A stretch of DNA of 64,000 bases from the NCBI GenBank assembly GCA_951406725.2, contig OX597816.1:49414001-49478000 (forward strand), given 5' to 3'. Source of the stretch: Octopus vulgaris (Eukaryota). Below are positions 25,865 to 40,150 of the stretch, in pieces (within the stretch, counting starts at the first letter, position 1; each line of letters starts with the position of its first letter). The position numbers and the translations under genes were made by a program. Under the pieces are notes generated by a model. It was not told the origin of the DNA. It did no database searches and was given only the letters and a program-made list of their open reading frames with translations.

Positions 25865-27900
25865 CATACATACATATATATGTGTGTGTGTATAACCGGT
25901 AAGGGCCAAAAGTAAAATTTGGGAAAACAGGGATAAATTCTCTGTGAAATTATATCAGTATTTTCTTAGTTGTGAACTAATGATATGAGTAGGTTTAGGC
26001 GCATTGTATAGATAAAACAAATATAATTACATCTTATTTTAAGTTTTAAAGCATCAGTCAGAATTCATATGAAAATTTATTGCGTTCAAAATATCCATGC
26101 GACAAGAATTTTAAAATCTTTGTTAAGTGTGTGCACGCATGTTATTTAAAAACGTGTGTGAACAAATATGCGTGTATGAATAAATCCAAAGTATTCTGTT
26201 TATACTACACTCTATAAAAATTATATATATCTAGCATAATTTCCGAATTAGAAATTGTAAATATTTACAATATTTCGTAGAAAAACCTTTACGTTCACTA
26301 AATCTTACTATAATTCACTAGGAAGCTTTCATGAATAATTCATGAATATTTTGAGGTTTGAATAGCTTATGCCTCAACAATTTAAATGACATGTTTCATC
26401 TAACAACCCATTATCGGAAACACGGAAAATAGATGGATCGCAACACAAATCCTGTTAATTACTGTAAAAGTAAAATTTATTTGTAATGGCATAGCCAGTA
26501 TGTCAACGAAAAGAATTCAACAAAATGAATCCAAGTAGTACAAACAGTTCAAGCTGTAGCATTAAAAGAGTTTAAAATGTGTTCTTGTATTTCTATCTAG
26601 ACATACGTATCGAGCATTTCTGTGTGGGCATAAACGTGTCAGTAATAAATTTGACTCCACACTAAGTACCGCCCTGAAATAAAACAAAAGAGCTTTCTCA
26701 GACATAATGTCTTCCAGGAAATAATTTGGATCTCAGTTAGGTGTGAATTGTGCCAAACTAAAGATATCATTTCATAGTCAATTACTATTCTTCACTAGTT
26801 TCTTATAACTGATTTTCTTGCCAGGCTTGCTGTTAGTAGCATCAGTAGATAAAAGTAATTATTCTTTGTTTCCGGAATTCAATATATCTATTACGTTGAA
26901 TTTATTCAACCAGACATACAAGAAGAATTAGTAGCTCTTCTTTCTGTAATTTTTCTTCCTTTATCAGGAAAATCTAAGGGATGTTATAAATAATGCGTAC
27001 AGACTGAAAAACTATCAATTCTTAAGCTTTTCACTGAAACAATGGCTTTAGGTGCATATATATATTTAGAATTTTATCTCAGATTGACAATAACAATTGA
27101 ACTTTACTGCTATTTTTAGTTCGTGGACTTAACATCGAAACTCAGAAAAAAATTATGCATATTTGAATTTTGTGAGATTATTGTACGTTTGAAATGCTTA
27201 AGAAGCTACGTTTAAGGCTGAGCTGGAGTGACATCTAGAATTAATATCGAAATTCTTCCTGTTATATTTATGTTTATAATCTCACATCAGTTTTGTGTCT
27301 GCAAATGGCTTTCTGTTGTTTTATTAAAATTTAGTTTTCCGGGATGCACTTTTTATTTGAACTGTTCCGGAAGTCAGAGTATATTTCGTTTACTAAAGTT
27401 TATTGTTACGGTGTGTAATATAGAAAGAAGAGAGCACATTTTGCAAACTGCGTCACATCTATTTTACATTGTCTTCAACTTACATTTTAAGTACTGTACC
27501 GTTAAATTGCATGCTTGTAAGTTTGTACTAGAGTGGAGTCTCATTTGATTCATTACTATAAGCAAAATGGCGCAACGTGGATAATATCGGTGAGGCGTTA
27601 GTAACGAGTGATAATGTGACAATAATATTACCTGACATGTTGTTTGGATATACGATAAATTACGACATGCTGCATTACATTTTTATCCCCGTGAAATTAC
27701 GACCCCTCTGTTTTACATATAAAATGATTATTTTCCTATAAAAATTTTGTTTTTTAGATATGAAATTGTGACCATAATAAATTTTAATTGTGACCATATA
27801 AATTTCAAAATGTAACATATCTATTTATGGGGAAAATAAGAGCAAATATTTGTTTTATGAGTGCTGTGTATTAAGTCTATGAAATTGTGCATAAAGTAAA

Positions 27901-28092
27901 TCTTCTTCTTCTTCTTCTTCTTCTTCTTCTTCTTCTTCTTCTTCTTCTTCTTCTTCTTCTTCTTCTTCTTCTTCTTCTTCTTCTTCTTCTTCTTCTTCTT
28001 CTTCTTCTTTCTTCTTCTTCTTTCTTCTTCTTCTTCTTCTTCTTCTTCTTCTTCTTTCTCGTCTTCTTTCTCTTCTTCTTCCTTTTCTTCTT
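27901..28092. repeat. (CTT)n microsatellite
   Basis: Direct reading. Confidence 0.97.
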
Positions 28093-28477
28093 CTCATTTT
28101 CTTTCAATTCTGTTTCCATTTCTTGTCGAGTGCTTTCCTGATACCTATGGCAGAGGAACGTACTGTGTACATTGGTAGGCCATTAAACAAACACACCAGT
28201 TTACTCATTTACAGAGTCATGTGATAAAGAAAAAGGGGAAGTAAACAAATAAAAGAAAGGGTGGAAAAGGAAAGAAAATTTACAGCGACAATGATCTTCT
28301 CAATACGTGTGACGTACACAAATTAAGATGATCTTTTGCACTTCGTTATTTGGTCATTCCTACAATCATTGGTATTGTAACCATCGTAAGATGCCACATC
28401 TCTTCGATTTCGTTTAGCAGATCTTTATGTTTGCTGAACTAACTAAATTATTTTGCCGATATATTATGGTCACAGGG

Positions 28478-28925
28478 TCACAACCATATGTGCGCGACAT
28501 GGTGATCTTATATCAATATACCCAGCACATGACCTTGCAGGTGGGGCCCAGTTAGAATTTTCTTCTGCTCGAGTAACCCATCCTGCTCAACAGGTCCCAG
28601 TGTAAGGTTTGTTTAAGGATGTTGAACGAACCACCCATGTTTTCAATGTGAATTATCCAAACCTCTAACAATCCCTCCCAACACACAGTTATGATGCACC
28701 CCCGCCATTTCTGCCTGTGATCAGAGATGCACATATCGTCAGCCACTAAGGGACATGCTCAACTGGTTTAGGTCAAACAAGTGACTAGCAAATCTGTGAT
28801 ATTCAGCAGAATATTTGCTGTAGCCCATCATTTTATACAATGACAAATCAATGTACATGATAACACTTCCAGTCAGTTTAAGATCAGAAGCCACGAGAGC
28901 CACTGCCTGGTACTGCATAAGGGCA
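28478..28925 (-). mobile_element. Non-coding (TAA)n-embedded element, copy 4
   Basis: Ends ...CTGCCTGGTACTGCATAAGGGCA then (ATT)n; homologous to copies 1-3. Confidence 0.85.
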
Positions 28926-29002
<77 letters not shown>

Positions 29003-29038
29003 CATTATCATTTTTATTACCACTACTACTCCTGCTAC

Positions 29039-29107
<69 letters not shown>
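28926..29107. repeat. Compound (ATT)n-(ACT)n microsatellite
   Basis: Direct reading. Confidence 0.95.
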
Positions 29108-31634
29108 AGGTGGCGGTGTGTGTGTGTTGCGTCGTGTTCTCTATCTACCGTATGAACAATTGTACAAGTGCCAGAAAGAGGACGTAATATCATACGTACT
29201 TAAATGACATGAATGACTGGTTTAAATATGTTTATTTGCTCTTTGTTTCCTATCCATATTCAGTATTTTAAATTTTGCTTCTCTTCCTCCATTTGTCTTT
29301 CGCCATTTACATTATTTTCTTCTTCTATCTCTTTTTTAGTTCCACGCTGTTCATCGAGGTAAAACATTGAGTATGAGCTAGAACTAAATGATTGTGAGTG
29401 CAGGTATAAGTGTATCAGTAAAACAGCTTATTGGATATTAGACCGTTTAGTAATTTCGGAGTGAAGGAAAAGCGGTAAAACACGAGCCAGATTCTATGTG
29501 ATGAGGATTCTTAAGTGAATGGGAATACAAGACTGTCAAAAATGCCGGCTCTAAATGCCGGCTCTAAATGCCGGTTACTCAGTTGTTATTGCCTATAAAG
29601 CGAAACCACATGGGAAAAATATCGACAATATAAATAAGAGAAACAATGAAGTTTGTTAGATTTCTAAAGAATTATACATCTCCAAACTGACTTTTGTAGA
29701 ATTTAGTTTTCTCCTCGACTTTTTACCTATACTGGAGATACAAAGTATGAACTGGTGACGTAGATATTTGTTTTTCAGAAGATATAATGATCTGATATGA
29801 CAATCAGAAAATGTATTCTTTCATTACTAATATTTAAAATTATGCAAACATAAACAAATAAACTGAAATAAAGAAAATATAATGATGTAAGTTTAAATGA
29901 ATTAGATATAATGAAGAATGGAAATTCTGTCACGTAATCAAATCGCATTGTAATTACCTCTCTCTGCAGTGTACTTCGGGAATTAGAATAACGAAAGGAT
30001 TATGATACAGATATAAAGTTTAAATGGGATCCGTCGTGTATTCTGTTTTATCGAATTTCATATTATAAAAATTAAAGTCTAGCGAGTTCTCTTTTTCAAA
30101 GCAGCTAATTATTGTCGCTTTCTTTTGCCGAGCATTGAGAGAAATAGCTATATAAATACAGTTGCTTTTCACGATAACCTGCAGGTTTTTATTTCACATG
30201 GCTTTCAACAGAACTGATGACATGATTACAAAGAAATATCAATATAATTAATGTAATTAAATGATACGACCAACTTAATCAAATGCTGGATATGAATAGT
30301 TTCGATTCAAACCTAATCTTTGAAGCCATATTCATTTTAATCGTATACACACTGACTATATGCATATCTAAGTCTTTCGGATTTATCTTACAATATATTA
30401 TACTATTTTTATATATATAAAGCGCAAGAGAAATGATAACTATTAAGGCAACATTTCCTTATTGTCGTATCTTAAAGTTGAATTAAAGAACACGTCACGC
30501 AGGGAAGTAAAATGTGTGGATATCACAAAAACGATACCATACAACTGAATTTAATATTTATTGTTCCTATTTACAAAGAAATTCAGCTAAAAAGCTTAAC
30601 GCCTTAATAACCATTGTTATAAAAATTTACTGAATTGGTGGTTTAGAATTTAAATCGAACAAATGCTTTATAATCTCGTTTAAGATATGAAAATCGGTGA
30701 TATTTTCTCTTATAAAAATATCAATGATATCATACAATAGAATAATTACAAACACATATATTGTATTCCGAAAAAGTATATTGTATTCTATGCTTCAATA
30801 TATTGAGATAATGCTTTCGTGACGAATTCTACCTCTACACTATAGAATTAAAATTTTGATCCTATGAAATCATCTCTCCCTTTTTCGTTGACAATCAATA
30901 GCAACTGCCGAACAATTTTGGCATATTTTCTTCAAATAAGAGACAAATTTTAATTAGTTGAATATGCTTTACATACAGCATGTGGTCATTTTGACCGCGC
31001 AGATTAACAGCTAGTGGCATTACTTATATGAAGCCATTTTATATGTTAATTTTATATGAAGGTAATCGAGTAATTGAACATGCATAAAAGTGATTTACTG
31101 TAAAATTGGTCTTACATATTTAAGAAGAATGGATGTAGGTCAAAGCAAATTATACCATTTGCAAAAACATTTTTTTAAAATTAAATTAATTTTATCAACA
31201 TCATGAAATTTTGTAAACATATATCTTTTAATGAGAAAGATATTTGAAATAATTGACGTGTTTTAGGTTTTTTTATGTAATATCAACATTTCGTAAATAT
31301 GTTGAGGTCTGTTATTTCGAAAATTGAATATGTTATCATCATATAATATCTCATCCGATTAGAGAATTAATGAGTTCAGATTGTTAACGTACTTTACACT
31401 ACTCTCGGCGGACATAATTTATTCCGTCATAAAATAAGGGCAACTGTCCAGGATTCAACTGTATTTAGGGAATGTGTGAGGATGATTTATAGTGCTTAAA
31501 CAATAGCATCCAGAGAACCAAACTTTTGTGATATTGCGTGCAAAGAATAAGTGACAATAGAGTTAATTAGACACATTGAAATACTATAGGCAGGTTGTTT
31601 ATAAAGGGTCAATGCAGACTCACAACTCACTGGA

Positions 31635-33206
31635 ATTGCATCGGGGTTCAATTTAGCCTCGGTAAATGTGCAAAAACTAGTTTTATCAAAGGTATAATGA
31701 CAGAAGCATTCAAAGTTAATCTTGACTAGCAGAATGTCAAAAATGAGCTAGAACAGGCGTAAATAAAAAATACCCGGGGATACTTGAGGAGACGGAATCA
31801 AACATTCAGTGAAGAGGGAAAGGATAAGAAGAGGATGTTATCGCTGCCTAATCGCCATACTCAAGACAGATTTGAATGCAACAAACAGGATCGAAGCGAT
31901 CAATGTTTTAGCCATACCTGTAGTGGCTTACAGTTTCAATATCCTTAACTGGTCAATTACTGAAATGTCTAATCTTGACTGAAAAAACGAAAATTGTTAA
32001 TAATGCATAGAATGTACAACCCTAAAACAGATAAAGAGCTATTTTAACTGCCAAGAAAAGAGGGTAGCCGCAGATTTTCACAACTGGAATTAACAATGAA
32101 GATTGGCACAATTGGCCTAGATACCTATCTGAAAAACTTTGATGACTGGATGTGAAAACCTGTCTCAAACCACGAGACAGGCTAAGAAGTAACTAAGTGA
32201 ATTCAAAATACAACAAAATTCCAGAATAAGACGTAATAGAAACAAGCACAAAAATAATCTTAGATATTCTTACGGATAATTGGCAAGAAAAACCTCTCAA
32301 TGGCAAATACGCAATAAAAGCTAATAATGCCGATGTTGACAAAGCTCTAACCCATCAATGGTTAGTGTTTTCTAGCCTAAAATCAGAAACAGGAAGGATT
32401 ATAATTGCAGCCTAACATCACTGACTACCTTCAAGGAGCTACCAGGTCAACATATTAGAGAACGGCAGTTGCACAACATGACGTGTACGTAAACAACAAA
32501 ATCCAACCATTGATCAAGTTGTCTCCATGTGCAGTCTTCTTGCGCCTAAAAGGCATGATAGAGCAGCACAATATATTCCCTGGGTAAATTTCAAAAACAT
32601 GGACCTACACCATGATAAAATCTGGCGGAAACACAACTCACCTCAAGTGTTTGAAAATGATCACATCTCATTCATCTAGAGCATCGCCATTCAAACTGAC
32701 ATAAAGATAGATGCAATAGGCCAGGCATTATATTGAAAGATTTCAGACAAAATCATGGTTCCTCATTGATATGACTGTCCCAATCGACATAAATGTATCT
32801 ATCAAGACCTACGAGAAACTGAGAGAGTATAAAGATCTTGAAATAGAAATTAGCAAAATGTGGGACCTCAAGATTGAAACATTATCTGTCGTCATAGGTG
32901 CCCCAGGAATGATAGTAAAATGAGCATATCACTACCAGGAAGCCCCAAAATGGCAGAAATTGATAGGCAGTGCTCATAGGAACTGCCTATATTTCAGAGT
33001 ACATACTATGTCTGTACTCTAAAATATAAAAAAACCTCATAATGTTCTTACGTTTTCTTAAACACTCTCTTGAACAATACTAATTGCAAAACCAAATATA
33101 TGACACACTAGTCATAACACCAACATGAATTTCTAACTTGTCTCTTAAGGTCTCTGGGCGAGACTTGGAGTCAACTTGTACAAATACAAAGTAAAAGTCA
33201 AACATA
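31635..33206 (+). mobile_element. Dong/R4-like subfamily B, decayed ~1.6-kb copy
   Basis: Remnants GKCAK, AINVLAIPVVAYSFNILNW, WQEKPLNGKY, RHD, YKDLEIEISKMWDLK, VIGAPG; followed by (TAA)n. Confidence 0.88.
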
Positions 33207-33247
33207 TAATAACAATGATAATAATAATAATAATAACAATAATGATG

Positions 33248-33302
<55 letters not shown>

Positions 33303-33570
33303 TAATAATAATAATAATGATAATAATAATAATAACAACAATAATAATTGTCATATTACTATTATTATTATTATCATTATTATTATTATTATCATTATTA
33401 TAATTTTTTTAATTATTATTATTAATATTATTATTATTATTAGTAGTAGTATCATAATTCTACTTCTTCTTCTTCTTCTTCTTCTTCTTATTATTATTAT
33501 TATTACGATGTGAAACATTTATCAATTATACCATGAGTTGCTTATTAAGATTAAATTATACAATTAAATT

Positions 33571-33893
33571 ATACGTGGCATCTTGGGCAAGTGACTTCTG
33601 CTATAGCCCCGCGCTGACCAATGCCTTGTGAGTGGATTTGGTAGACAGAAACTGAAAGAAGCCTGTCGTATATATGTATATATATATGTATGCATGTGTG
33701 TGTTTGTCCCCCTAGCATTGCTTGACAACCGATGCTGGTGTGTTTACGACCCCGCAACCAAGCGGTTCGGCAAAAGAGACCGATAGAATAAGTACTGGGC
33801 TTACAAAGAATAAGTCCTGGGGTTGATTTGCTCGACTAAAGGCGGTGCTGCAGCATGGCCGCAGTCAAATGACTGAAACAAGTAAAAGAGTAA
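33571..33893 (+). mobile_element. SINE family 1, 5'-truncated
   Basis: Aligns to 5640-5982. Confidence 0.9.
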
Positions 33894-35973
33894 TTCTGTA
33901 GGAGTTTAAAAGCGTAGACTCATTACAGGAATAAGCATATACGGTAAATTTAACTGCATGACACTGGAGTAATAAAATTATGGACGTTCCGATTGCCAGC
34001 ATAATGTCCAGTATTCTTGGTTGATACATGAGAGACATATACATGTTACATAAATAGAATGAAGTACTCATGATACAGAGAATGGTGAAGTTTACCATTG
34101 TATGAATTGCCTTGCAAGGCATTTTGAAAGCTAATTCCATTTTTAGGTTTACAAAGCATGGGCAGCATGATATTATCGTGCTCTTCTGTAGATGTTCTAT
34201 AGATGATAAATGCTTACAGGTATACATAAAGACTCACAGATATAATAAATTTCATATCTCCTATCCCAAATCGATTGATATCAAAATTATCAAAGTTTTA
34301 TCTCGCATTAAAGTAATATTGCAGGAATAATTACATCTGTTCAGAATGTCGTGATTATAAGAGGTACAAATTGAGGAAATATTCATGAAGCGAAAGACAT
34401 TTACAGCGAAACACAAGCGAAATGCAAGGGAAATGCACTTCTCTGAAGGTTTTACAACTTTAGAGTGAAAAGCGTCACAAGATCTATAAATCAGTTCAGT
34501 GCCATACTACACATCAGGTATATTGTGCTGAAGTAAATATATCTTCTAATAAACGTGAGTGAAGTAATAAAATCTTGAAAGCACAGTAGCTGACTGTTAT
34601 ACTTAGATCCTCACAATTATATACTAGAATGATAGATATTTCTTACGGCATGTGAAGATATCAATAGCGTTTTACGATTTTTTTTTTCTTTTTTGCTTAA
34701 ACGTTGTATTAGTAGAAAATAAAATGTTACTAGAAATGTTAATAAACTGTTGAAAAATTTTGCTGAAATGGAAACTTACAGGAAAATTGTTTAAATTTTG
34801 AATTAAATTTCAATATATTTGGAATATTCAGAGCCAATGGTGTTAACAACACCTTTTTTATTCTGCTGTGTTGTCAAAAGTCACAAACTCTCATTCTCTC
34901 TATCTCTCTCTCTCTCTGTTAGGTTTACTATAGATGAGGCAATATATCTCTTATCTTATAACCTTGGTCATTTCTACCTGTTCATACTACGCTTCATCTT
35001 AAATGTGACAGATATTTTCTAATAGTAAGAGGAAATTGTTTTGGCTACTGTATATTCAAATGTACTAATTGAAGGCACAATTTTATTCAGTTTATTTCAT
35101 TTCCTCTACTCTCCTTTTGTCTCCATTTGATAATTGATATTAGGCTTGGCTTTCTTTATATCACTAATTATAGCAAATAGCTATTGCGATGGTAATCATT
35201 TTTGATGCTGTTAATTAGTGCACAGGACTTCAAATTATAAAGTAATGTACCATTTATTATTGAATCTCATCATTATATGTAATTTAACTGAAATCTAAAT
35301 TTAACAGGATCGGTGTGTTTAGACATTTTACATATTTTCATAAAAATATCACTGTATTGAATGCACATTTAAAAACAACCAAATAGAGGCCTCGAATATA
35401 TTCCAGTTTGCAAATATATCACGTGATACACCCATTGAATGTAACAAATTTCCTTACGAGATAAAAATTTAGCCTTAAATTTACAACACAACTTTGATGA
35501 CTTTCTGTTATATCGCACGTTCCGATGACCTCTACTCAACTCCGACATCTAGATTTCTTCCTCTATATCTACATATTGGGCTAGCCTACTTCATTGTCTG
35601 GGGGCGTCCACACAACACTTTCAGTGATAGAATATGAACAATTGAGGTACACATTCTCCTCAAGTAGCATATTTTAGAATTGTTTTGTATTTCATGTCAC
35701 GAGAACGTCGTTAATTTATACGTTAGTACAGTTCAAAGTCGTTTTCGTTTGATTTACTTATATTTTTTTTAAAGATTCACTGAAACAATGATCATTAAGT
35801 CTTTGCATAGTTTTCTCATAAAAGTTATAGTTTTTTCAGCCCAGTCTATTTGCAAGAAAATAGACTGGGCTGAGCATTTATAAATAGTAGCGATCGGTGT
35901 AAAGTTTGAGTGTTAGTTCCAGTTGAGTTTACAGGGGAGTCGGAAAGTGTCGGTTGGTTAGTTCGTTTGTAAT

Positions 35974-36340
35974 CGTGGCACTTCCTCGGTTACGACGACG
36001 AGGGTTCCAGATGATCTGATCAACGGAACAGCCTGCTCGTGAAATTCACGTGCAAGTGGCTGATCACTCCACAGACATGTGTACCTCTAACGTAGTTCTC
36101 GGGGAGATTCAGCGTGACACAGAATGCGACGAGGATGGGCCTTTTAAATACAGGTACAACAGAAACAAGGAGTCGTGGTGAAAGAATATAGTGGGGTTTG
36201 CCACCACACCCTACTGGAGCCTCGTGGAGCTTTTGGTGTTTTCACTCAAGAAACACTCACAGCACCCGGTCTAGGAATCGAAACCGAGATCCTATGACCG
36301 CGAGTCCGCTGCCCTAACTGCTGGGCCGTTGCGCCTCCAC
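35974..36340 (-). mobile_element. tRNA-derived SINE family 2, tail type 1
   Basis: Head GTGGAGGCGCAACGGCCCAGCAGTTAGGGCAGCGGACTCG..GGTTTCGATTCC; TSD TCGTTTGT(A/T)AT at 35963-35973 and 36341-36351. Confidence 0.88.
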
Positions 36341-36567
36341 TCGTTTGTTATATTGATTGTTGATTCTTGAAGAGACTGTTAGATTATTACGTTGTTATTA
36401 CGGCTGCATTGTTATCTTGTTCACTGCTAGTACACTGGTGTAGTATATTTAAACCAGCTGTCAGAATATCCTGGCGGAACCATGACGTTAGAGACGGAAG
36501 ATACATTGGTGTATAAGGTGTATCTTTTCAAAGAGTACATTACTTTGCATAGAGGTGTCTCCTATTA

Positions 36568-36781
36568 CTCTCTCTCTTTTACTCTTTTACTTGTTTCAGT
36601 CATTTGACTGCGGCCATGCTAGAGCACCGCCTTTAGTCGAGCAAATCAACCCCGGGACCTATTCTTTGTAAGCCCAGTACTTATTCTATCGGTCTCTTTT
36701 GCCGAACTGCTAAGTGACGGGGACGTAAACACACCAGCACGGTTGTCATGCAATGCTAGGGGGACAAACACAGAAACACAA

Positions 36782-36832
<51 letters not shown>

Positions 36833-37003
36833 CATATATACGACAGGCTTCTTTCAGTTTCCGTCAAGCAAATCCACTCACAAGGCATTGGTCGGCCCGG
36901 GGCTATAGCAGAAGACACTTGCCCAAGATGCCACGCAGTGGGACTGAACCCGGAACCATGTGGTTGGTAAGCAAGCTACTTACCACACAACCACTCCTGC
37001 GCC
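36568..37003 (-). mobile_element. SINE family 1, full length
   Basis: Head, internal (CA)n/(TA)n and tail all present. Confidence 0.93.
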
Positions 37004-38189
37004 TTATCTCATATCATCTCATATTTCTTCATAAGAACAAGAAGAAATAACAAAAGATACTCCGTGTTTGTCGCTGATAAACTTACATTCGAGATAAAGC
37101 GTTAAAACACTAATTCATCGACATTTTAACCGCGAGCGATTTCATTAAACATAAGTTATATATGGATATAAAAACATCAATTCACACCAAATTTTGACTG
37201 CAAGCTAAACAGGGAAAGCGAAAAGCAAAATGAATTGGTGCTAGCGGAATGAAAATAATTGGCCTATATAACTGGAACTGCGATGAAAATAGAAATTATT
37301 CGTACTTTATATGCTCATGTATGGTTTTTATCACTTAGTCGTATTTATTTCACGGGACAAATAAAAGGTAACAAAATAAATAATTAAAATGACCCTCCTA
37401 GCAGAAATCTTAAAAAAAACTTAACAAAGAACTTATAAATGTTAATTGGCATATAATCGATGAAAAATGGTCTAAAAATACTTTATCTATATTTTTATCT
37501 ATTTATAATCTCTATAAAAATCTATCATATTTTATAGGACGTCCAATTAATACAGAACGTTAAATTCATATACTACAAGCTTATTATTGTTTTGTAGGAA
37601 ACCAAATACAACATCACCAAAACCAACAACACCAAAACGTCAAAATCATCATTTCTCATTTCCAACGTTTAAACTTGTTACTTGTTACCGTGAAAATATA
37701 TCCCTTTATATTTCTTGGAAAATATATTGATTTACAATTCAAGAATAATTTTAAATGTTTATTTGTGGCCAAATAATATTGATCGTTAGTCATATATTTG
37801 CCCTTTATATGGCCTAATAATTAACCTTTAGGGATGAAATTAATCACTCGCTCACGCATACACAAAGAGCTACACACATACGTATACGTACTTGCGTTCA
37901 GTTTTATCTATTATTATGTGTATTTCTATTGTAGGTGTATGCACATAACTGGCCGAGGAATGGCTGATTGGTTAAGAAGATTGATTCGTAAACATGTTGC
38001 ACTGCATTCAATCCAAAGAAACTGTAGTCTGCATTACTTCGTTTCGCACTGAGCCTAATTGGTGAAATAGAAAACTGCATGGAAGCCCGTTGCATTTCTC
38101 CAATTTCCGCCAATTCACATATTCTGGGAATCAAATACTGAATAATAGCACATACGCTTTTGGACAAATCAGTTTCAGGTATTTCCCCA

Positions 38190-38635
38190 TTCTGGCAGCC
38201 ATAGCAGTGAGATTAAGAAGTCTACTCGGCGACTATAAAGTTTTTGGATCGGTTCCTCTGCACGGCACCGTACTTTGAGCTGTAGCCCTAGTCAAACCAG
38301 TTCCATGTGAGTGAATTCGGAGGACAGAAACTGTGTGGATCCCAGCGTTTGTATGTATACACATATGCACATATGTGCGTGTTTTTGATGTGTGTGCGTG
38401 CGCACGCGCACCTGTGTTTGTGCGCGTCTTTTTATTTGCGTACATTTCCGCTCGCTTGACAATGTGTGTTATCATGTTTCCATCTCTGTAATCACCGTTT
38501 CAGCAAAAAGAAACTGATAGTTTAAGTATCAGTCATAAATTAATTAGTATGGTCAATTTCTTCGACTAACCCAACAATTTGTCACTAGGTCATGGTCATA
38601 ATCTAATGACTGAGACAAGTAAAAGAGTGAAAAAG
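38190..38635 (+). mobile_element. Old diverged SINE family 1 copy (another decayed head at ~37956-38120)
   Basis: Recognisable GACAGAAACTG..., CGCTTGAC, GACTGAGACAAGTAAAAGA blocks. Confidence 0.6.
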
Positions 38636-38979
38636 TACAGAGAGCAAGCTCTATCCAAATGAGCGTTTTCACTTTAGTTAATTCGAAAAATAATCTCCTG
38701 GTTTTACTGGAAACGTTCATTAATGCTCTAGAAAAATAATTTCTGACGTTAGTATTAGATCAGCTGAGGATTCAGGGAAATAAATCGATCTCAGTAGTTG
38801 ACTGTTACATTATATAGTGGAGAACACAACTGAAAAGCAAAGCTGACCACGAATGAAGTTGAAGTGAAAATGTAAAGGAATGAAGCTTAATGTAACAGCA
38901 TTGTATTTTGCATAACGCTCAACAGATCCTGCACATGCAGAAGTCGTATTAAAAATAGTTATGATAAGAATAACGATTG

Positions 38980-39168
38980 GTACAAGGTTGGAATTGTTGA
39001 AGAGGTAGCCGACAACATCGATCCCAGTGCTCAACCAATACTTATTTTATTGACTCGAAAGATGAAAGACAAAGCAGACTTCGAAAGATTTTGAATTCAG
39101 AACATGAAGAGACGGGTAAAACGACGCTAAGCATTTTGCCCAGTATGCTAACGCTTCTCACCGCCTTA
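38980..39168 (-). mobile_element. SINE family 3
   Basis: Reverse complement AAGGCGGTGAGAAGCGTTAGCATACTGGGCAAAATGCTTAGCG..CTTTCATCTTTCGAGTCAATAAAATAAGTA. Confidence 0.75.
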
Positions 39169-39205
39169 ATAAGAATAGTCATAATAATAAAATTAATAGT
39201 AATAA

Positions 39206-39512
39206 CAATTGAGAAAGTGAACAATTATGATGAACTGGGAAAGCGCAGATCGTTGGCAATGAGGGAAGTGGAACGATATTAATGACTGGTGCACTTTTGG
39301 AGTATCAATTACCCAAAGACAAACGTGAATCTAAAAGACTGGAACGAATGTACAGATAGAACACCAACATATATCGTCATTGCTTGGTATAGCAAGAATC
39401 CTCCACAGGGTTCTTGAAGCGTGATTAGTAAACAAGTGTTACCTTAGTCAGAAGGTTGAGGGTCAGTGTCATTTTCCATCATACCTATCAAAATAAAGCT
39501 GAGATTTTTCAT
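39206..39512 (+). mobile_element. Dong/R4-like subfamily E, decayed 3' fragment
   Basis: EKVNNYDEL..LLGIARILHRVLEA*; same 3'UTR as 15020-15110; short TAA-like flanks. Confidence 0.72.
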
Positions 39513-39948
39513 GATATAATGATAAAGCTAGTACTAACAAAAATTTTGTTCCACAAAGAAAGTTAGATATGTAGGCATAGTTGATATAAAGGCATTACCT
39601 AGAAGTTACGAATTTTATGAATGCCGCAAGTGTGAAAACCAAATTCAACAGGGCAGTATTTTTTAACACTTAATAGCATAGCGGCCAATGTTTTTACATG
39701 TATATAGATACTGATGAAATATATTACTAATTCTAAAAAGTAACCCAGATTGTATAATGATTATAGCAATACAACTTTACAGGAGTCAAGTGTCTCATTT
39801 ATATAAATATAAACCTCATATCATGTCGAAGAAGAGAACTGAAATAGAAAAGGATCTAATAGCAAAGAATCTAGCACCACTTGAATTTCGGGGTGGTAAA
39901 TAGTGGGCTAATAATTATATCTAACGCCCATACATCCAAATCTAACTA

Positions 39949-40150
39949 CAGTTACCCCTCGACTACCGCGAGTGTTACGTTCCAGAAACCTTACAATAGG
40001 TGAAAATCCTCGAAGTAGAAATAGTACTGTATATATTTTTTATTACTTTTATAATTTGTATATATTTATTTTATGATAAATGCAAAACAACACCATGGAG
40101 GAATCAACGTAAGCTTAACTAATAAACTGCGATATGGCGAGGCATTACTG
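39949..40150. mobile_element. Tigger/pogo-like MITE
   Basis: TA|CAGTTACCCCTCGACTACCGCG ... GCGATATGGCGAGGCATTACTG|TA. Confidence 0.7.

Noticed and set aside
29541-29575. (AAATGCCGGCTCT)x2.5 as a DNA transposon subterminal repeat
   Set aside because: No matching opposite terminus was found
36255-36340. tRNA genes in SINE heads
   Set aside because: A/B boxes are present, but there is no complete cloverleaf and each continues into a SINE body
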